DNA from: Callorhinchus milii
Taxonomy: Eukaryota
Assembly: GCF_018977255.1 (NCBI RefSeq)
Contig: NW_024704747.1
Span: forward strand, 23,126,001-23,190,000
Reading direction: 5' to 3'
DNA: 64,000 nt
The translations under genes were made by a program, and so were the position numbers. This document shows, piece after piece, positions 63,454-64,000 of the stretch. The notes under the pieces are model-generated. The model saw nothing but the letters and a program-made list of their open reading frames with translations, made no database searches and was not told where the DNA came from. The stretch's first letter is position 1; every line of letters starts with the position of its first letter.

Positions 63454-64000
63454 TTCTCATTAATTTGCAGAGTAGAGCAAGCTTAGCCTTGTTGTACTTG
63501 AATTGAGAATGTTCAATGAGGACAGGGCTATCCAAAGAAAAGCGTTCCGTACCTCACCTCAACAAGCAGAAAATCTGACTACTTGTAGAATAGAAAAATA
63601 ATTTATAGTTAACTTAGCAACAAGTTCATTTTCTTGTCATTATCATAGATATTTGCAGCTATACACATTGAATTAAGGTATTGTAACACCAGATGTGAAG
63701 ATGTTTATTAAAATGTATCCTAAATGTAATAATTCTTTAAAATGTATCTAAACTTAGTTGCTCTCAAATTATCAACATGCCACTTAGGTTTGTCTTTTCA
63801 TATATATTTAAGGTTCATTGTTGCATAACTAAACTGATAAATACATTGCAAGTTTGTTAATTTTAGAGCCAATAATTGCTACCAATGATGTTACCAAGTA
63901 ACAGAATTAATAGTGAGATAACAGTTTCAATGACAAACTTGCATACAGACAGATACTTGTAAATAGTGGTCATAAGGAGAAGAATAGAGGGATGTGGGGA

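Overview
AT-rich vertebrate genomic DNA. The repeat families (tRNA-Ala/Deu-type SINEs, L2 and CR1 LINEs, Penelope-like palindromes) suggest a cartilaginous fish, possibly a chimaera; this is an inference. The window holds two type III-like fibrillar collagen genes head-to-tail on the minus strand. Gene A (32070-62921) has 48 hand-traced GT-AG exons, equivalent to COL3A1 exons 4-51, encoding about 1345 aa without frameshift or stop. These include a 1017-residue uninterrupted Gly-X-Y helix ending in the type III GPCC cystine knot and an 8-Cys C-propeptide; the gene's 5' end lies beyond the window. About 29 kb downstream, gene B starts with a TATA-like box, a uORF, a degenerate collagen 5' stem-loop, a signal-peptide exon (MDSFVHTGTFLLLVITQASLTRAQN) and a truncated VWC exon, then runs off the left edge. 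Both paralogues are unusual. A is very Ser-rich, Ala-poor and GPP-poor, has a remodelled Gly-rich N-telopeptide and mixes type I and type III traits. B has lost part of its VWC domain and the stem-loop uORF. Comparisons with human collagens are from memory and residue counts are manual, so both need confirming by alignment.
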